Positions 40,374-52,077 are shown, numbered from the stretch's first letter. The stretch: DNA of 64,000 nt from an uncultured Enterobacteriaceae bacterium (GCA_966186435.1 CBIFWW010000001.1:1463-65462); one strand, 5' to 3'. The notes: generated by a model not told the origin, from the letters alone. Numbers and translations are program-made.

Positions 40374-41480
40374 ATGTTGCACCGATTACTCACCCTAATA
40401 CGCAAAGAGCTTCAGTCCCTGCTGCGGGAGCCACAGACCCGGGCAATATTGATTATGCCGGTGCTGATCCAGGTGCTGCTGTTCCCCTTTGCCGCCACCC
40501 TGGAAGTCACCAACGCCACCATCGCCATTTATAACGAAGACAACGGCAAGCACGCCATTGAGCTGACCCAGCGTTTTGCCCAGGCGAAGGCGTTCTCCCA
40601 CGTGCTATTACTTAAAAGCCCCCAAGAGATCCGCCCGACGTTAGATAACCAAAAGGCGTTATTGCTGATCCGTTTCCCGGCTGATTTCTCCCGCAAACTG
40701 GCGCAACACCAAACCGCCCCGCTGCAAATCCTGCTGGATGGCCGTAACTCTAACAGCGCCCAAATTGCTGCCAACTATCTCCAGCAGATTGTGAGCAATT
40801 ATCAGCAGTCACTGCTGGAAGGCCAGCCGAAACCCAACAATAGCGAACTGGTGATCCGTAATTGGTACAACCCGAACCTGGATTACAAATGGTTTGTAGT
40901 GCCGTCGCTGATTGCCATGATCACCACCATCGGGGTGATGATCGTTACCTCACTTTCAGTGGCCCGGGAACGGGAACAGGGCACCCTCGACCAGTTACTA
41001 GTTTCCCCTCTCGCTACCTGGCAAATTTTTGTCGGTAAAGGGGCGCCCGCCATGATAGTCGCGATGTTCCAGGCCACCATTGTGCTTGGTGTGGGGATCT
41101 GGGCTTATGGGATCCCTTTCTCCGGATCGCTGCTGCTGTTTTACTTCACCATGGTGATTTACGGGCTGTCTTTAGTGGGGTTTGGTCTACTGATTTCTGC
41201 CCTGTGCTCGACCCAGCAGCAGGCATTTATCGGGGTATTTGTCTTTATGATGCCGGCAATCTTGCTATCGGGTTATGTTTCGCCGGTGGAGAATATGCCG
41301 GTGTGGCTGCAAAACCTGACTTGGGTAAACCCCATCCGCCATTTTACTGACATCACCAAAGAAATTTATCTCAAGGACGCCAGCTTTGGGATTGTCTGGC
41401 AAAGCCTGTGGCCACTGTTAGTGATAGCCGTAACCACCGGTTCTGCGGCCTATGCCATGTTCCGCCGCAAGATAGGGTAA
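40374..41480 (+). CDS. ybhR: ABC-2 type permease (copy 1)
   Basis: 368 aa. [58 protein letters not shown].. is near-identical to E. coli YbhR. Confidence 0.93.
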   Translation: MLHRLLTLIRKELQSLLREPQTRAILIMPVLIQVLLFPFAATLEVTNATIAIYNEDNGKHAIELTQRFAQAKAFSHVLLLKSPQEIRPTLDNQKALLLIRFPADFSRKLAQHQTAPLQILLDGRNSNSAQIAANYLQQIVSNYQQSLLEGQPKPNNSELVIRNWYNPNLDYKWFVVPSLIAMITTIGVMIVTSLSVAREREQGTLDQLLVSPLATWQIFVGKGAPAMIVAMFQATIVLGVGIWAYGIPFSGSLLLFYFTMVIYGLSLVGFGLLISALCSTQQQAFIGVFVFMMPAILLSGYVSPVENMPVWLQNLTWVNPIRHFTDITKEIYLKDASFGIVWQSLWPLLVIAVTTGSAAYAMFRRKIG

Positions 41481-41617
41481 TAGGACATTAAAGGATGCAG
41501 ATATTCAGGGAAATACTGAAGTTAGTCTGAAAGATTAACATTCTCGGAAAAGTGCCAAGATCCAAAGTGCTCATTTAGAACTTATCCTAATAAGGAACTT
41601 ATTATAAGGATGTAGTG

Positions 41618-42607
41618 ATGAAATTGAGCAGATGGATTTGCTTGCTTGCGGCATTGGTAGCAGCAGGGGTTTTAGGTTGGCACTATTACGCTAAAAACCC
41701 TCCGCCAGCCCTAACATTGTACGGTAATGTTGATATCCGCTCCGTCGATATTAGCTTCCGCGTGGGTGGCCGCCTGGCGCGGCTGGACGTGGATGAAGGT
41801 GACAGCGTTCAAAAGGGGCAATTGATTGGCGAACAGGATATCACCCCTTATCTCAACGCCCGCGACCATGCTCTGGCCGCAATGGAGGCTGCCAAAGCCA
41901 AGTTTGAACTGGTGCTTGAGGGCTATCGGGCTGAAGAAATTGCCCAAGCCGAAGCGGCGGTTAATCAAGCCAAAGCGGCGGCGGTCTATGCCCAGGAGTT
42001 CTGGCAGCGCCAGCAAACCCTGTGGAAACGCCATTTAGTCTCTGCCAATGATCTGGCCAATGCCCGTTCCTCTCTCGACCAGGCCAAGGCCAATTTAAAA
42101 GCCGCCCAAGATAAACATGCCCAATTCCAGGCCGGCAGCCGCTCCCAGGAAATCACCAATGCCAAAGCCATTCTTGATCAGGCTGAAGCCAAATTAGCCC
42201 AGTCCACGCTTGATTTGCAAGATACCGCGCTGATAGCCCCGGCCGACGGCATTATCCTCACCCGGGCGGTAGAGCCAGGTACGCTGCTCTCGGCGGGTAG
42301 CACGGTGTTAAGCCTCTCCCTAACTGACCCGGTCTGGGTCCGGGCCTATATTGATGAAAGCCATCTCGGCCAGGCACAGCCGGGGCGGCAAGTACTGATT
42401 TACAGTGACGGCCGCAGCCACACCCCGTGGCGCGGCAAAATTGGCTTTGTCTCACCCACCGCTGAGTTTACCCCTAAAAGCGTGGAAACCCCTGAATTGC
42501 GCACCGACCTGGTGTATCGGCTGCGTATTATCGTGACCGATGCGGATAACCAATTGCGCCAGGGTATGCCGGTGACCATCGTGTTTGAGGATGAGGAAAA
42601 AGCATGA
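41618..42607 (+). CDS. HlyD-family membrane-fusion protein, YbhG paralog (copy 2)
   Basis: About 329 aa, colinear with copy 1 (..[33 protein letters not shown]..). The start is ATG 41618 or GTG 41615. Confidence 0.88.
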   Translation: MKLSRWICLLAALVAAGVLGWHYYAKNPPPALTLYGNVDIRSVDISFRVGGRLARLDVDEGDSVQKGQLIGEQDITPYLNARDHALAAMEAAKAKFELVLEGYRAEEIAQAEAAVNQAKAAAVYAQEFWQRQQTLWKRHLVSANDLANARSSLDQAKANLKAAQDKHAQFQAGSRSQEITNAKAILDQAEAKLAQSTLDLQDTALIAPADGIILTRAVEPGTLLSAGSTVLSLSLTDPVWVRAYIDESHLGQAQPGRQVLIYSDGRSHTPWRGKIGFVSPTAEFTPKSVETPELRTDLVYRLRIIVTDADNQLRQGMPVTIVFEDEEKA

Positions 42608-44355
42608 CGCAGCCCGCCTCGCTCATCCAGCTCTCCGGCTTAATCAAACGCTTTAAAGGAATGAATAAACCCGCAGTATCGAGCCTAACGGTGGACATCC
42701 ACGGTGGTGCTGTCACCGGGTTGGTTGGCCCGGATGGGGCAGGTAAAACTACCCTGATACGTATGCTGGCCGGGTTAATGCCCACCAGCGAAGGCGCGGC
42801 CATCATCAATGGTTTAGATCCGATTCGCGATGTCAGCCAGCTTCACGGGATCATGGGTTATATGCCGCAGAAGTTTGGCCTGTATGAAGATCTTACCGTA
42901 ATGGAGAACCTGGAGCTGTATGCCGAACTGCGTAGCGTCCAGCGGCACCAACGCCAACAGATCTTTGACCGATTACTGGCGTTTACCAATCTGGCAGCCT
43001 TTACCGGGCGTTTAGCCGGCAAGCTTTCCGGGGGAATGAAACAAAAATTAGGCCTGGCCTGTACCCTGGTGGGCGCGCCCAAGGTGCTATTACTGGATGA
43101 GCCGGGCGTAGGGGTCGATCCTATCTCACGCCGGGAGCTATGGCAGATGGTTCATGCCCTGGCCGGGGAAGGTATGCTGATCGTCTGGAGCACTTCCTAT
43201 CTGGATGAAGCCGAGCAATGCCGCACTATTCTATTGTTGAATGAAGGCGAGCTGCTCTACTACGGCTCCCCCGCCAAACTCACTCAGACTATGAATGGCC
43301 GCTGTTATCTGGCCCAGATAGCCGGTGAGAATAACCGCCGCTTATTACAGCGCGCCTTGGCCCGGCCGGAGGTGAGTGACGGCGTTATTCAGGGGAAGTC
43401 TGTGCGTGTTGTGGCCCGCAAGGGGATAGAAAGACCACGGCTGACGGATGCATTGGGCCTGACGGAAGCCGGTCTGTTGCCCACCCCACCCCGCTTCGAG
43501 GATGCTTTTATCGACTTATTAGGCGGGGCCAGCCATCAAGCTTCTCCTCTGGGGGCCGTTGCCCACACCGTTGAAAACGATGGCAGCAACGCGGTGATTG
43601 AAGCCCGCGCTCTCACCAAAATATTTGGCGACTTTGCGGCCACCCGTGATGTCAGTTTTCAGGTAAAACGCGGGGAAATCTATGGTTTGTTAGGGCCAAA
43701 TGGCGCAGGGAAATCCACCACCTTTAAAATGATGTGCGGCCTACTGACTCCCACTGCCGGGAAAGCATTGGTACTGGGCATGGATTTCAAAGTGGGTGGA
43801 GGCAAAGCACGGCAGCATCTGGGCTATATGGCCCAGAAATTCTCGCTCTACGGCAACCTCACGGTGAAACAAAACCTGCGCTTCTTTTCCGGTATTTATG
43901 GGCTTCGCGGCAAACGCCAGCAAGAGAAAATAGCCTGCATGGTTGAAGCCTTCGCCCTTGAAGGCATTCTCAACCAAGCTACCGATGCCCTGCCCCTCGG
44001 CTTTAAACAGCGTCTGGCCCTGGCCTGTGCTTTAATGCACGAGCCGGACATTCTGTTTCTCGATGAGCCGACCTCCGGCGTTGACCCCCTTACCCGGCGG
44101 GAGTTCTGGCAGCATATCAACAGCCTGGTAGGCAAAGGGGTCACCGTGATGGTGACCACTCATTTTATGGATGAGGCTGAATATTGCGACCGTATAGGGC
44201 TAGTCTATCGGGGCCAATTGATTGCCAGTGGCACACCGGACACCCTAAAAGCAAAAACCGTCACCCCAGCTCAACCTGACCCCACCATGGAGCAGGCATT
44301 TATCGCGCTCATTCACCAGTGGGATAAGGAGCACCAGCATGTTCAGTTGGCTTAG
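42604..44355 (+). CDS. double-ABC ATPase, YbhF paralog (copy 2)
   Basis: 583 aa, the same length and motif order as copy 1. It has an ATGA overlap with the preceding gene. Confidence 0.9.
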   Translation: MTQPASLIQLSGLIKRFKGMNKPAVSSLTVDIHGGAVTGLVGPDGAGKTTLIRMLAGLMPTSEGAAIINGLDPIRDVSQLHGIMGYMPQKFGLYEDLTVMENLELYAELRSVQRHQRQQIFDRLLAFTNLAAFTGRLAGKLSGGMKQKLGLACTLVGAPKVLLLDEPGVGVDPISRRELWQMVHALAGEGMLIVWSTSYLDEAEQCRTILLLNEGELLYYGSPAKLTQTMNGRCYLAQIAGENNRRLLQRALARPEVSDGVIQGKSVRVVARKGIERPRLTDALGLTEAGLLPTPPRFEDAFIDLLGGASHQASPLGAVAHTVENDGSNAVIEARALTKIFGDFAATRDVSFQVKRGEIYGLLGPNGAGKSTTFKMMCGLLTPTAGKALVLGMDFKVGGGKARQHLGYMAQKFSLYGNLTVKQNLRFFSGIYGLRGKRQQEKIACMVEAFALEGILNQATDALPLGFKQRLALACALMHEPDILFLDEPTSGVDPLTRREFWQHINSLVGKGVTVMVTTHFMDEAEYCDRIGLVYRGQLIASGTPDTLKAKTVTPAQPDPTMEQAFIALIHQWDKEHQHVQLA

Positions 44356-45469
44356 TCGCCGCCGGGCCATGGCGCTGTGCGTAAAGGAAACCCGTCAAAT
44401 TCTCCGTGACCCCAGCAGTTGGCTGATTGCCGTCGTACTGCCGCTGGTGCTGCTGACGATTTTTGGCTACGGCATCAACCTCGATACCAACCGTCTGCGG
44501 TTAGGGGTGGTGATTGAGCAGCGCAGTGAATTATCGACGGATTTCGTTAATAGCCTGATTTCATCCCCTTTTGTAGAGCCGACCATCGCTGACTCCCGGG
44601 CATTATTAATGGACCAGATGCAGACCGGTAAAATTCGCGGCATTGTGGTGGTGCCGGTGGATTTTGACCTGCGGATGATCCGCTATAAAAGCGCGATGCC
44701 GGTGCAGGTGATCACCGATGCTACCGATGCCAATACCGCCAATTTTGTGCGTGGGTACGTGCAGGGGATCTGGCATGAATGGCAGGCATTACAGGCCATT
44801 ACTCGTGGTAATACCATTCAGCCGTTAATCAATGTGCAAGCACGCTTTTGGTTTAACCCAGCAGCCATAAGCCGCCATTTTATTATCCCCGGCGCTATCA
44901 CTATTATCATGACGGTTCTCGGGGCGATTTTGACCTCACTGGTGGTTGCCCGGGAATGGGAACGGGGCACCATGGAGGCACTGCTGTCTACCGAAGTTAC
45001 TCGGATGGAATTGCTGCTGTGCAAGTTGGTGCCCTATTACTTCCTCGGGATGCTGGCCATGGGGCTGTGTATGCTGGTGGCCATCTATGTGCTCGACGTG
45101 CCGTGGCGCGGTTCACTGCTATTTCTGCTGTCAATCGGCAGTCTTTTTTTAATTAACACCCTGGGACTGGGGCTATTGATTTCCACGGTGATCCGCAGCC
45201 AGTTTAATGCTGCACAGACCGCCATGAATGCGGTCTTTCTGCCCTCAGTGATGCTTTCCGGTTTTATTTTCCAGATCAGTAGTATGCCGGAAGCTATTCA
45301 ACTGGTGACCTATCTAATACCCGCACGCTACTTCGTGAGTACCCTGCAAAGCCTGTTTCTGGCGGGCGATATTTACCCGGTGCTGATTTTTAACGCGCTC
45401 TCTTTGATCGTTTTTGCGGTAGCTCTGTTTGGTCTTACCGCATTTAAGACCCAACGTCGGTTAGAGTAA
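44339..45469 (+). CDS. ABC-2 permease, YbhS paralog (copy 2)
   Basis: 376 aa. ..[43 protein letters not shown].. It overlaps the ATPase gene by 17 nt. Confidence 0.9.
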   Translation: MFSWLSRRRAMALCVKETRQILRDPSSWLIAVVLPLVLLTIFGYGINLDTNRLRLGVVIEQRSELSTDFVNSLISSPFVEPTIADSRALLMDQMQTGKIRGIVVVPVDFDLRMIRYKSAMPVQVITDATDANTANFVRGYVQGIWHEWQALQAITRGNTIQPLINVQARFWFNPAAISRHFIIPGAITIIMTVLGAILTSLVVAREWERGTMEALLSTEVTRMELLLCKLVPYYFLGMLAMGLCMLVAIYVLDVPWRGSLLFLLSIGSLFLINTLGLGLLISTVIRSQFNAAQTAMNAVFLPSVMLSGFIFQISSMPEAIQLVTYLIPARYFVSTLQSLFLAGDIYPVLIFNALSLIVFAVALFGLTAFKTQRRLE

Positions 45470-45477
45470 GGATACCT

Positions 45478-46581
45478 ATGTATTACCGATTATTGACGCT
45501 TATTATTAAGGAGCTGCACTCCCTGTGGCGTGAACCGCAAACCCGGGCGGTGTTAATTTTACCGGTGCTGATCCAGATGCTGATCTTCCCCTTTGCGGCC
45601 ACGCTAGAAGTGCGTAATGCCACCATCGCCATCCATAATGAAGACAGCGGCAAATATTCCGTGGAGCTGATCCAGCGTATTGTCAGCGCCACCGCCTTTA
45701 CCAAAGTCAGGGTGGTCCAGCGCCATCAAGACGCGGTTACGGTGCTGGAAAACCAACAGGCGCTTTTGGTGGTGCGCTTCCCGGCGGATTTTTCTCGTCA
45801 CCTCGCCAACCGCAAGCCCAGTAACTTACAGATTATTCTGGATGGCCGAAATTCCAATAGTGCCCAGGTAGCGGCCAACTATTTACAACAAATTGTTGGC
45901 CAATATCAGCTGGAGCTATTGGGGCAGTCCACGGCAAAGGACAACAGTATGGCTTATCGCAACTGGTATAACCCGAATCTGGATTACAAATGGCCTATTA
46001 TCCCCTCGTTGATTGCCATGGTCACAACCATTGGGGTCATGGGTATTTTGGTGATTTCTATGGCCCGCGAGCGCGAGCAAGGCACCATGGAGCAGCTCTT
46101 AGTTAGCCCGCTGGCCTCTTGGCAAATTATTTTGGGTAAGGCGGTGCCAGCTTTGATTGTGGCCTTATGCCAGGCCAGCGTAGTGTTTGGGGTGGGGATT
46201 TTGCTGTACGGCATTCCCTTTAATGGCTCGCCGACGCTATTTTACTTCACCATGTTGGTATACGGAATGTCGTTAATTGGTATTGCCCTACTGATTGCCG
46301 CGTTGTGTACCACTCAACAACAGGGATTTATTGGCGGCTTTTGCTTTATTATGCCCGCGATTTTGCTCTCGGGTTATTTAGCGCCGGTGGAGAATATGCC
46401 GGTGTGGCTGCAAAACCTAACGTGGGTGAACCCCATCCGGCACTTCACCAGCATCGCCAAAGAAATTTATCTTAAGGATGCCAGCTTAAACCTAGTGTGG
46501 CGCAGCTTGTGGCCGCTGATGGTAATAGCCGCCGCTTCAGGCTCAGCGGCGTATGTGCTGTTTCGCCGCAAGGTGGGTTGA
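45478..46581 (+). CDS. ABC-2 permease, YbhR paralog (copy 2)
   Basis: 367 aa. [58 protein letters not shown].. Confidence 0.9.
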   Translation: MYYRLLTLIIKELHSLWREPQTRAVLILPVLIQMLIFPFAATLEVRNATIAIHNEDSGKYSVELIQRIVSATAFTKVRVVQRHQDAVTVLENQQALLVVRFPADFSRHLANRKPSNLQIILDGRNSNSAQVAANYLQQIVGQYQLELLGQSTAKDNSMAYRNWYNPNLDYKWPIIPSLIAMVTTIGVMGILVISMAREREQGTMEQLLVSPLASWQIILGKAVPALIVALCQASVVFGVGILLYGIPFNGSPTLFYFTMLVYGMSLIGIALLIAALCTTQQQGFIGGFCFIMPAILLSGYLAPVENMPVWLQNLTWVNPIRHFTSIAKEIYLKDASLNLVWRSLWPLMVIAAASGSAAYVLFRRKVG

Positions 46582-46953
46582 AGAACGTTCTTTAGTCAGT
46601 ATGGAAACCAGCGTCGGGCCAGCCAGCAACGCCAGCCCGGCGATGCTCATTAATACCGGGTTGTTCACCAAGCGCGAGATTAACCACAGGGCAATCAGGG
46701 CGCAGCCAAAGTACCAACTGGTGGTGAGTTCTTCGAGGGTGTCCCCGAGTTCACGTTGCCATCCCCGGCGGTAATGCTGTAAACCCCACACCGCCAGGAA
46801 AGTTACGCCATACAGTAGGCACAGGCCCACACCCACCTCGACCAACGCTTTATGCTTCCAGCCCGCGACCAACACCGTCAAAATCAATATATGTAGCATA
46901 ATCTGCCAGCACCCGAGGCCAGTGAGTACGCGTATCCGCTGTTGCCACTTCAT
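46543..46953 (-). CDS. ybhQ: inner membrane protein YbhQ
   Basis: 136 aa. [21 protein letters not shown]...KQHIRR is colinear with E. coli YbhQ (136 aa, ending ..HRVRR). Confidence 0.88.
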   Translation of the reverse strand: MKWQQRIRVLTGLGCWQIMLHILILTVLVAGWKHKALVEVGVGLCLLYGVTFLAVWGLQHYRRGWQRELGDTLEELTTSWYFGCALIALWLISRLVNNPVLMSIAGLALLAGPTLVSILTKERSSTHLAAKQHIRR

Positions 46954-47080
46954 GGCTACCCTCCAGAAGTATATTTCTCTGCATCTCAGACTAAACCTAT
47001 TCCCGGATAATTCCGTAACCGGGCCAATATTTGTGACAAAGACTACACTTTATTTTTGTCTGAGAAAATCAAGGAGCCAC

Positions 47081-47836
47081 ATGTCCGGTACCCAGGGAGC
47101 CGCTACCCTTCGTCTACTCACTATTAACACTCATAAAGGTTTTACCACATTTAACCGCCGCTTTATCCTCCCAGAACTACGGGAAGCGGTGCGGCTGGTG
47201 AATGCCGACGTGGTCTGTTTGCAGGAGGTGATGGGCGCCCATGAGGCTCACTCCGCAAAAATTGAACACTGGCCTGCCACCGGGCATTACGAGTTTATTG
47301 CCGACGCTATCTGGCATCAGTGGGCCTATGGCCGTAATGCGGTTTATCCAGAAGGGCATCATGGCAATGCGGTGCTGTCGCGCTATCCCATTGCCAATCA
47401 TCATAATCGCGATATTTCGATTGAAGGCCATGAAAAGCGCGGTTTGCTGGACTGTACCCTGACGCTGCCCCACCATACCGTTCATGTGATTTGTGTCCAT
47501 CTTGGCCTTAAAGAAGTTCACCGCCAGGCCCAGCTGGAAATGCTGTCGGCCTTGGTTAATAGTTATCCTCGGGAAGATCCGGTGGTGGTCGCCGGTGATT
47601 TCAATGACTGGCGCGGTAAAGCCAATAAAATATTATCCCACCGCTGTGGTCTGGAGGAAGTGTTCACCCGTGCCTGGGGGCGACCTGCCCGTACCTTCCC
47701 GGTGGAATTCCCCCTACTCCGCCTAGATCGGGTATATGTTAAAAATGCCACTGCTAGTGTCCCCGCCGTTTTACCGTTACGTAACTGGCGACATCTTTCC
47801 GATCATGCCCCTCTAGCCGTGGAGTTAACCCTGTGA
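47081..47836 (+). CDS. ybhP: endonuclease/exonuclease/phosphatase (EEP) family protein
   Basis: 251 aa from [20 protein letters not shown].., with an AAGGAG RBS 4 nt upstream. It carries EEP motifs (..VVCLQEV.., ..GDFND.., ..SDHAPL..). It is the first gene of ybhP-clsB-ybhN. Confidence 0.9.
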   Translation: MSGTQGAATLRLLTINTHKGFTTFNRRFILPELREAVRLVNADVVCLQEVMGAHEAHSAKIEHWPATGHYEFIADAIWHQWAYGRNAVYPEGHHGNAVLSRYPIANHHNRDISIEGHEKRGLLDCTLTLPHHTVHVICVHLGLKEVHRQAQLEMLSALVNSYPREDPVVVAGDFNDWRGKANKILSHRCGLEEVFTRAWGRPARTFPVEFPLLRLDRVYVKNATASVPAVLPLRNWRHLSDHAPLAVELTL

Positions 47837-49077
47837 GTAATCGTTGGTGTAATGGAAACCACATTGAATTGCTGGAAAATGGCGATGAATACTACCCTGC
47901 CCTGTTTAAAGCCATTAGCGACGCCGAAAGCAAAGTGCTGTTAGAGACGTTTATCTGGTTCGATGATGACGTGGGCCAACGCCTGCATGAAGTTTTGCTC
48001 GCTGCTGCTCATCGTGGGGTGCGGGTTGAAGTGCTCTTAGATGGCTATGGTTCCCCAGATCTTAGTGAAGCTTTTGTCGGCAGCCTGACGCAAGCCGGGG
48101 TGCTGTTCCGCTATTACGACCCGCGCCCCAAACTCATGGGTATGCGCACCAACCTGTTCCGCCGCATGCACCGTAAAATCGTGGTGGTGGATGGGGAAAT
48201 CGCCTTTGTCGGCGGGATCAACTATTCTGCGGAACATGTCACCAGTTATGGCCCCGAGGCCAAACAGGATTATGCGGTACGGGTCACAGGGCCGGTGGTT
48301 CAGGATATTTACCACTTTGTTCTGGCAAACTTGCCAGGCCATGAGCAGGCCCGGCGCTGGTGGCAGCGCCGCCGCTATAAAGCGTTAGATATGCCTGAGA
48401 CGGGAGATGCCCAGGCACTGTTCGTTTGGCGCGATAACGACCGCCACCGGGATGACATTGAACGCTATTACATGCGGATGCTCACCAAAGCCCGGCGCCG
48501 GGTTATCATTGCCAATGCCTATGTCTTCCCCGGCTATAGGCTATTGCACGCCATGCGTAGCGCTGCCCGGCGCGGGGTCCGGGTTCAGTTAATTGTTCAA
48601 GGGGAGCCGGATATTCCGCTGGTGAAAGTTGGCGCCCGCCTGCTTTACAACTACCTTGCCCAGGGTGGCGTAGAAATTTACGAATATAAACGCCGCCCGC
48701 TGCATGGCAAAGTGGCCGTCATGGACGACCACTGGGCCACCGTTGGCTCCAGTAATCTTGACCCACTGAGTCTGTCACTCAATCTGGAAGCCAACCTGAT
48801 TATCTACGATCGTCAGTTCAACCAGACCTTAAGCGATAACCTGACGGGTCTGATGAAAGCGGACTCGGTAAAGGTGGATAAATCAATGCTACCCCGGCGT
48901 AACTGGCTAAATCTGGGTATCGGGGTAATCACCTTCCACTTCCTGCGCCACTTCCCGGCGATGGTGGGCTGGCTTCCGGCCCATACCCCACGTCTTTCAC
49001 TGGTGGAACCACCGGTTCAACCGGAGATGGAAACCCAGGATCAGACCGGCCCTGAAAAATCTGAGGCTAATTCCTGA
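47833..49077 (+). CDS. clsB: cardiolipin synthase B (PLD superfamily)
   Basis: 414 aa with two HKD motifs ([36 protein letters not shown]), colinear with E. coli ClsB. The GTG start overlaps the ybhP stop. Confidence 0.94.
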   Translation: MSNRWCNGNHIELLENGDEYYPALFKAISDAESKVLLETFIWFDDDVGQRLHEVLLAAAHRGVRVEVLLDGYGSPDLSEAFVGSLTQAGVLFRYYDPRPKLMGMRTNLFRRMHRKIVVVDGEIAFVGGINYSAEHVTSYGPEAKQDYAVRVTGPVVQDIYHFVLANLPGHEQARRWWQRRRYKALDMPETGDAQALFVWRDNDRHRDDIERYYMRMLTKARRRVIIANAYVFPGYRLLHAMRSAARRGVRVQLIVQGEPDIPLVKVGARLLYNYLAQGGVEIYEYKRRPLHGKVAVMDDHWATVGSSNLDPLSLSLNLEANLIIYDRQFNQTLSDNLTGLMKADSVKVDKSMLPRRNWLNLGIGVITFHFLRHFPAMVGWLPAHTPRLSLVEPPVQPEMETQDQTGPEKSEANS

Positions 49078-50051
49078 TGGCCCATCAACGCTGGAAGCTG
49101 GCAAAGCGGGTGCTGACCGGGCTGTTCCTGGTGGCGGTGATCGTACTGCTGGTGTTTTATGCAGCTAAGATTGACTGGCCAGAGGTGTGGCAGGCCATCA
49201 GTCATGTTGACCCCTGGCGCCTGGCGGCCGCCCTGGCTTTAGTGGTGCTGAGCTACCTGATTTATGGCTGCTATGATTTGCTGGCCCGGTTATGGTGCCG
49301 CCACCGGCTGCGTAAGCGCCAGGTGATGATGGTTTCTTTTGTGTGTTACGCCTTTAACCTGACGCTAAGTACTTGGGTGGGCGGCATCGGGATGCGCTAC
49401 CGGCTTTACTCCCGGCTCGGCCTGCCGGGGGCCACCATCACCCGCATCTTCTCCATGAGCATCGCCACCAACTGGCTGGGCTACATCCTGACTGGCGGGA
49501 TGTTGTTTGTTTCCGGGCTGGTTACCCTGCCGCCCCACTGGTATATCACCGGTACCAGCCTGCGCATCCTCGGCGGTGTATTGCTGGCGGTGATCATGGT
49601 TTATCTGTGGGCCTGTGCCTTTGCCAAACGCCGTCACGTCACGGTGCGGGGGCAAAAGTTAATCCTGCCCTCCTGGCGTTTCGCCCTGGTGCAAATGGCG
49701 ATTTCCAGCCTTAACTGGTGCACCATGGGGGCCACCATCTGGCTATTGATGGGGATGAAAGTAGATTTCCTATTTATTCTCGGCACTCTGCTGGTAAGCA
49801 GTATCGCCGGGGTGATTGTCCATATCCCGGCGGGGATTGGGGTAACGGAAGCCGTATTTGTGGCGCTGCTGCGCGGTGGGCCATTAAGTAACGGAGCGAT
49901 TATTGCCGCCCTGCTGATTTGGCGGGCGCTCTACTTCTTCTTACCGCTGCTGATCGCCACGGTGGTCTGGCTGTGGCTGGAAAGCCGGGCCAAACATCTG
50001 CGGGAGAAAAACCAGTCCCTACCCGCAAACGGGGCTGAACAAGTTAAATAA
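49077..50051 (+). CDS. ybhN: UPF0104 / lysyl-PG-synthase-TM-like inner membrane protein
   Basis: 324 aa, colinear with E. coli YbhN (..YGCYDLLAR..FNLTLSTWVGGIGMRYRLYSRLGLPG..). It has a TGATG overlap with clsB. Confidence 0.92.
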   Translation: MAHQRWKLAKRVLTGLFLVAVIVLLVFYAAKIDWPEVWQAISHVDPWRLAAALALVVLSYLIYGCYDLLARLWCRHRLRKRQVMMVSFVCYAFNLTLSTWVGGIGMRYRLYSRLGLPGATITRIFSMSIATNWLGYILTGGMLFVSGLVTLPPHWYITGTSLRILGGVLLAVIMVYLWACAFAKRRHVTVRGQKLILPSWRFALVQMAISSLNWCTMGATIWLLMGMKVDFLFILGTLLVSSIAGVIVHIPAGIGVTEAVFVALLRGGPLSNGAIIAALLIWRALYFFLPLLIATVVWLWLESRAKHLREKNQSLPANGAEQVK

Positions 50052-50053
50052 TT

Positions 50054-50075
50054 AAGGCGCCGGTAGGCGCCTTTT
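50054..50075. terminator. terminator between ybhN and ybhL
   Basis: aaggcgcc-ggta-ggcgcctttt. Confidence 0.8.
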
Positions 50076-50081
50076 GACTGT

Positions 50082-50792
50082 TTAGCGGCGGTTGCCAAAG
50101 ATGCGTAGCAGCATCAAGAACAGGTTGATGAAATCCAGGTATAAAGTGAGGGCGCCGAGGATCGAGTATTTGCGCAGCTGGTCTTTATCACTTACATCGA
50201 TTTGCTCACCGATGTTTTTCAGCTTCTGGGTGTCGTAGGCAGTCAGGCCGACAAACACCAGCACCCCGATATAAGTCACTGCCCACATTAACGCGGTACT
50301 TTTCAGCCAGATATTCACTACAGAAGCCAGGATCAGGCCAATCAGCGCCATAAACAGCATTGAACCCATACCACTTAGATCACGTTTGGTGGTGTAACCA
50401 TACAGGCTCATGGCCCCAAACATCCCCCCGGTAACCACAAAGGTGCTGGCAATGGAGGAATAGGTATAAACCACAAAAATACTGGCGAAGGTTAGTCCCG
50501 TTAGTGCCGAGTACAGCATAAATAGCGAGGTCGCCACCCCGGCACTGAGTTTATGTACCATGCCGGATAGTACAAATACCAATGCCAGCTGAGCGATAAT
50601 CAAGCCAAAGAAAGTAATTTTGCTGGAGAAGACAAACATCATCACCGCCGGGGTGTTGGCGGCATACCAGGCAATGACAGCGGTGAGTAATAGCCCGCAG
50701 GTCATCCACCCATAAACTTGGGCCATATAAGTCTGCAAACCGCCACGGGCTTGCTGGATGATGGTCCCATTAGAACGTGGAAATCTATCCAT
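50082..50792 (-). CDS. ybhL: BAX inhibitor-1 / YccA family membrane protein
   Basis: 236 aa, ending ..LTLYLDFINLFLMLLRIFGNRR, identical to the E. coli YbhL C-terminus. Confidence 0.95.
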   Translation of the reverse strand: MDRFPRSNGTIIQQARGGLQTYMAQVYGWMTCGLLLTAVIAWYAANTPAVMMFVFSSKITFFGLIIAQLALVFVLSGMVHKLSAGVATSLFMLYSALTGLTFASIFVVYTYSSIASTFVVTGGMFGAMSLYGYTTKRDLSGMGSMLFMALIGLILASVVNIWLKSTALMWAVTYIGVLVFVGLTAYDTQKLKNIGEQIDVSDKDQLRKYSILGALTLYLDFINLFLMLLRIFGNRR

Positions 50793-50829
50793 GATACTGC
50801 CTCTTGTCGAAAGGCCGGGAGTGGCCGGC

Positions 50830-50856
50830 TACCAGGGGTGAACCCCACCCCTGGTA
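50830..50856 (-). terminator. 11-bp-stem hairpin after moaE (terminator candidate)
   Basis: taccaggggtg-aaccc-cacccctggta, 29 nt past the moaE stop, with a weak U-tract. Confidence 0.45.
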
Positions 50857-50884
50857 AGCCTAACACAAGTTTTTCAATAAGGAG

Positions 50885-51340
50885 TTACCAGCGGGTGGCG
50901 GCCTGTTTATCGCTGTCGCGGGCCTCCACCCAACGATCCCCTTCCGCCGTGGCTTCACGCTTCCAGAATGGGGCGCGGGTTTTCAGATAATCCATCATAA
51001 ACTCAGCGGCTTCAAAGGCCTGACTGCGGTGAGCGCCGGTCACCCCGACAAAGACAATTTCATCCCCAGGCCACAGTTCACCAATCCGGTGGATCAATGA
51101 AACCCGTTGCAGCGGCCAACGATTGCGGGCCTCCGCCACGATCTCTTCCAGAGCTTTTTCCGTCATCCCCGGATAGTGCTCCAGGGTCAGAGCGCTAACA
51201 CTATCGCCAAGATTATGGTTACGAACTTTACCGGTGAAGGTCACCACCGCGCCGTCGTCGTCGCACTGAGCCAACCACTGGTACTCATCGCCAACGCTGA
51301 AATTTTCGTGGCCGACGCGGATCCGGGTGTTGTTATCCAT
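50885..51340 (-). CDS. moaE: molybdopterin synthase catalytic subunit
   Basis: 151 aa from MDNNTRIRVGHENFSVGDEYQWL.. The ORF-track start 51382 is an extension across moaD. Confidence 0.94.
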   Translation of the reverse strand: MDNNTRIRVGHENFSVGDEYQWLAQCDDDGAVVTFTGKVRNHNLGDSVSALTLEHYPGMTEKALEEIVAEARNRWPLQRVSLIHRIGELWPGDEIVFVGVTGAHRSQAFEAAEFMMDYLKTRAPFWKREATAEGDRWVEARDSDKQAATRW

Positions 51341-51344
51341 GTCA

Positions 51345-51593
51345 TTATCCCCCGGTAACCGGTGGGAAGAAGGCGACTTCATCCCCGGGTTGTACTGGGT
51401 GATCGAAGGCCACCAGGGACTGGTTCACCGCCGCCAGCAGCTTACCGGCTTCCAGGGCCAGTTCCCAACGGCCACCCTGTTGGGCCAGATGCTGGCGCAG
51501 GGCTTCTACATTGTCGGCTACATTGTCTTCCAGCTGTAGGATGTCGCAGCCCACCAGCTCACGGACTTGAGCGAAAAATAAAACCTTAATCAT
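51345..51593 (-). CDS. moaD: molybdopterin synthase sulfur-carrier subunit
   Basis: 82 aa, [15 protein letters not shown]...FFPPVTGG, with the diagnostic C-terminal GG. Confidence 0.94.
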   Translation of the reverse strand: MIKVLFFAQVRELVGCDILQLEDNVADNVEALRQHLAQQGGRWELALEAGKLLAAVNQSLVAFDHPVQPGDEVAFFPPVTGG

Positions 51594-52071
51594 GGGTATC
51601 CACCTTGAAATCGCCGGATTTGCCGCCGCTTTTCGCCAACAGGCGAACCGGGCCAATCACCATGTCTTTTTGCACCGCTTTGCACATGTCGTAGATGGTC
51701 AACGCCGCCACGGAAGCGGCAGTCAGGGCTTCCATTTCAACCCCGGTTTTACCGGTCAAACGGCAGACGGATTCAATGCGTACCCGATTATGTTCGGTTT
51801 CCGCTTCCAGCTGTACTTCTACTTTACTCAGCAGCAGCGGGTGGCACAGCGGAATGAGTTCCCAGGTGCGCTTGGCGGCCTGGATCCCGGCGATACGGGC
51901 GGTGGCGAAAACGTCACCTTTATGATGGCTGCCTTCAACAATCATCGCCAGGGTCTGCGGGTGCATGGTGACAAAGGCTTCGGCACGGGCTTCACGCACG
52001 GTTTCTGCTTTGGCGGAAACATCCACCATGTGCGCCTCACCGGCGGCATTAATATGGGTTAGTTGCGGCAT
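51586..52071 (-). CDS. moaC: cyclic pyranopterin monophosphate synthase
   Basis: 161 aa. ..[27 protein letters not shown].. It overlaps moaD by 8 nt. Confidence 0.95.
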   Translation of the reverse strand: MPQLTHINAAGEAHMVDVSAKAETVREARAEAFVTMHPQTLAMIVEGSHHKGDVFATARIAGIQAAKRTWELIPLCHPLLLSKVEVQLEAETEHNRVRIESVCRLTGKTGVEMEALTAASVAALTIYDMCKAVQKDMVIGPVRLLAKSGGKSGDFKVDTHD

Positions 52072-52077
52072 GGTGGC

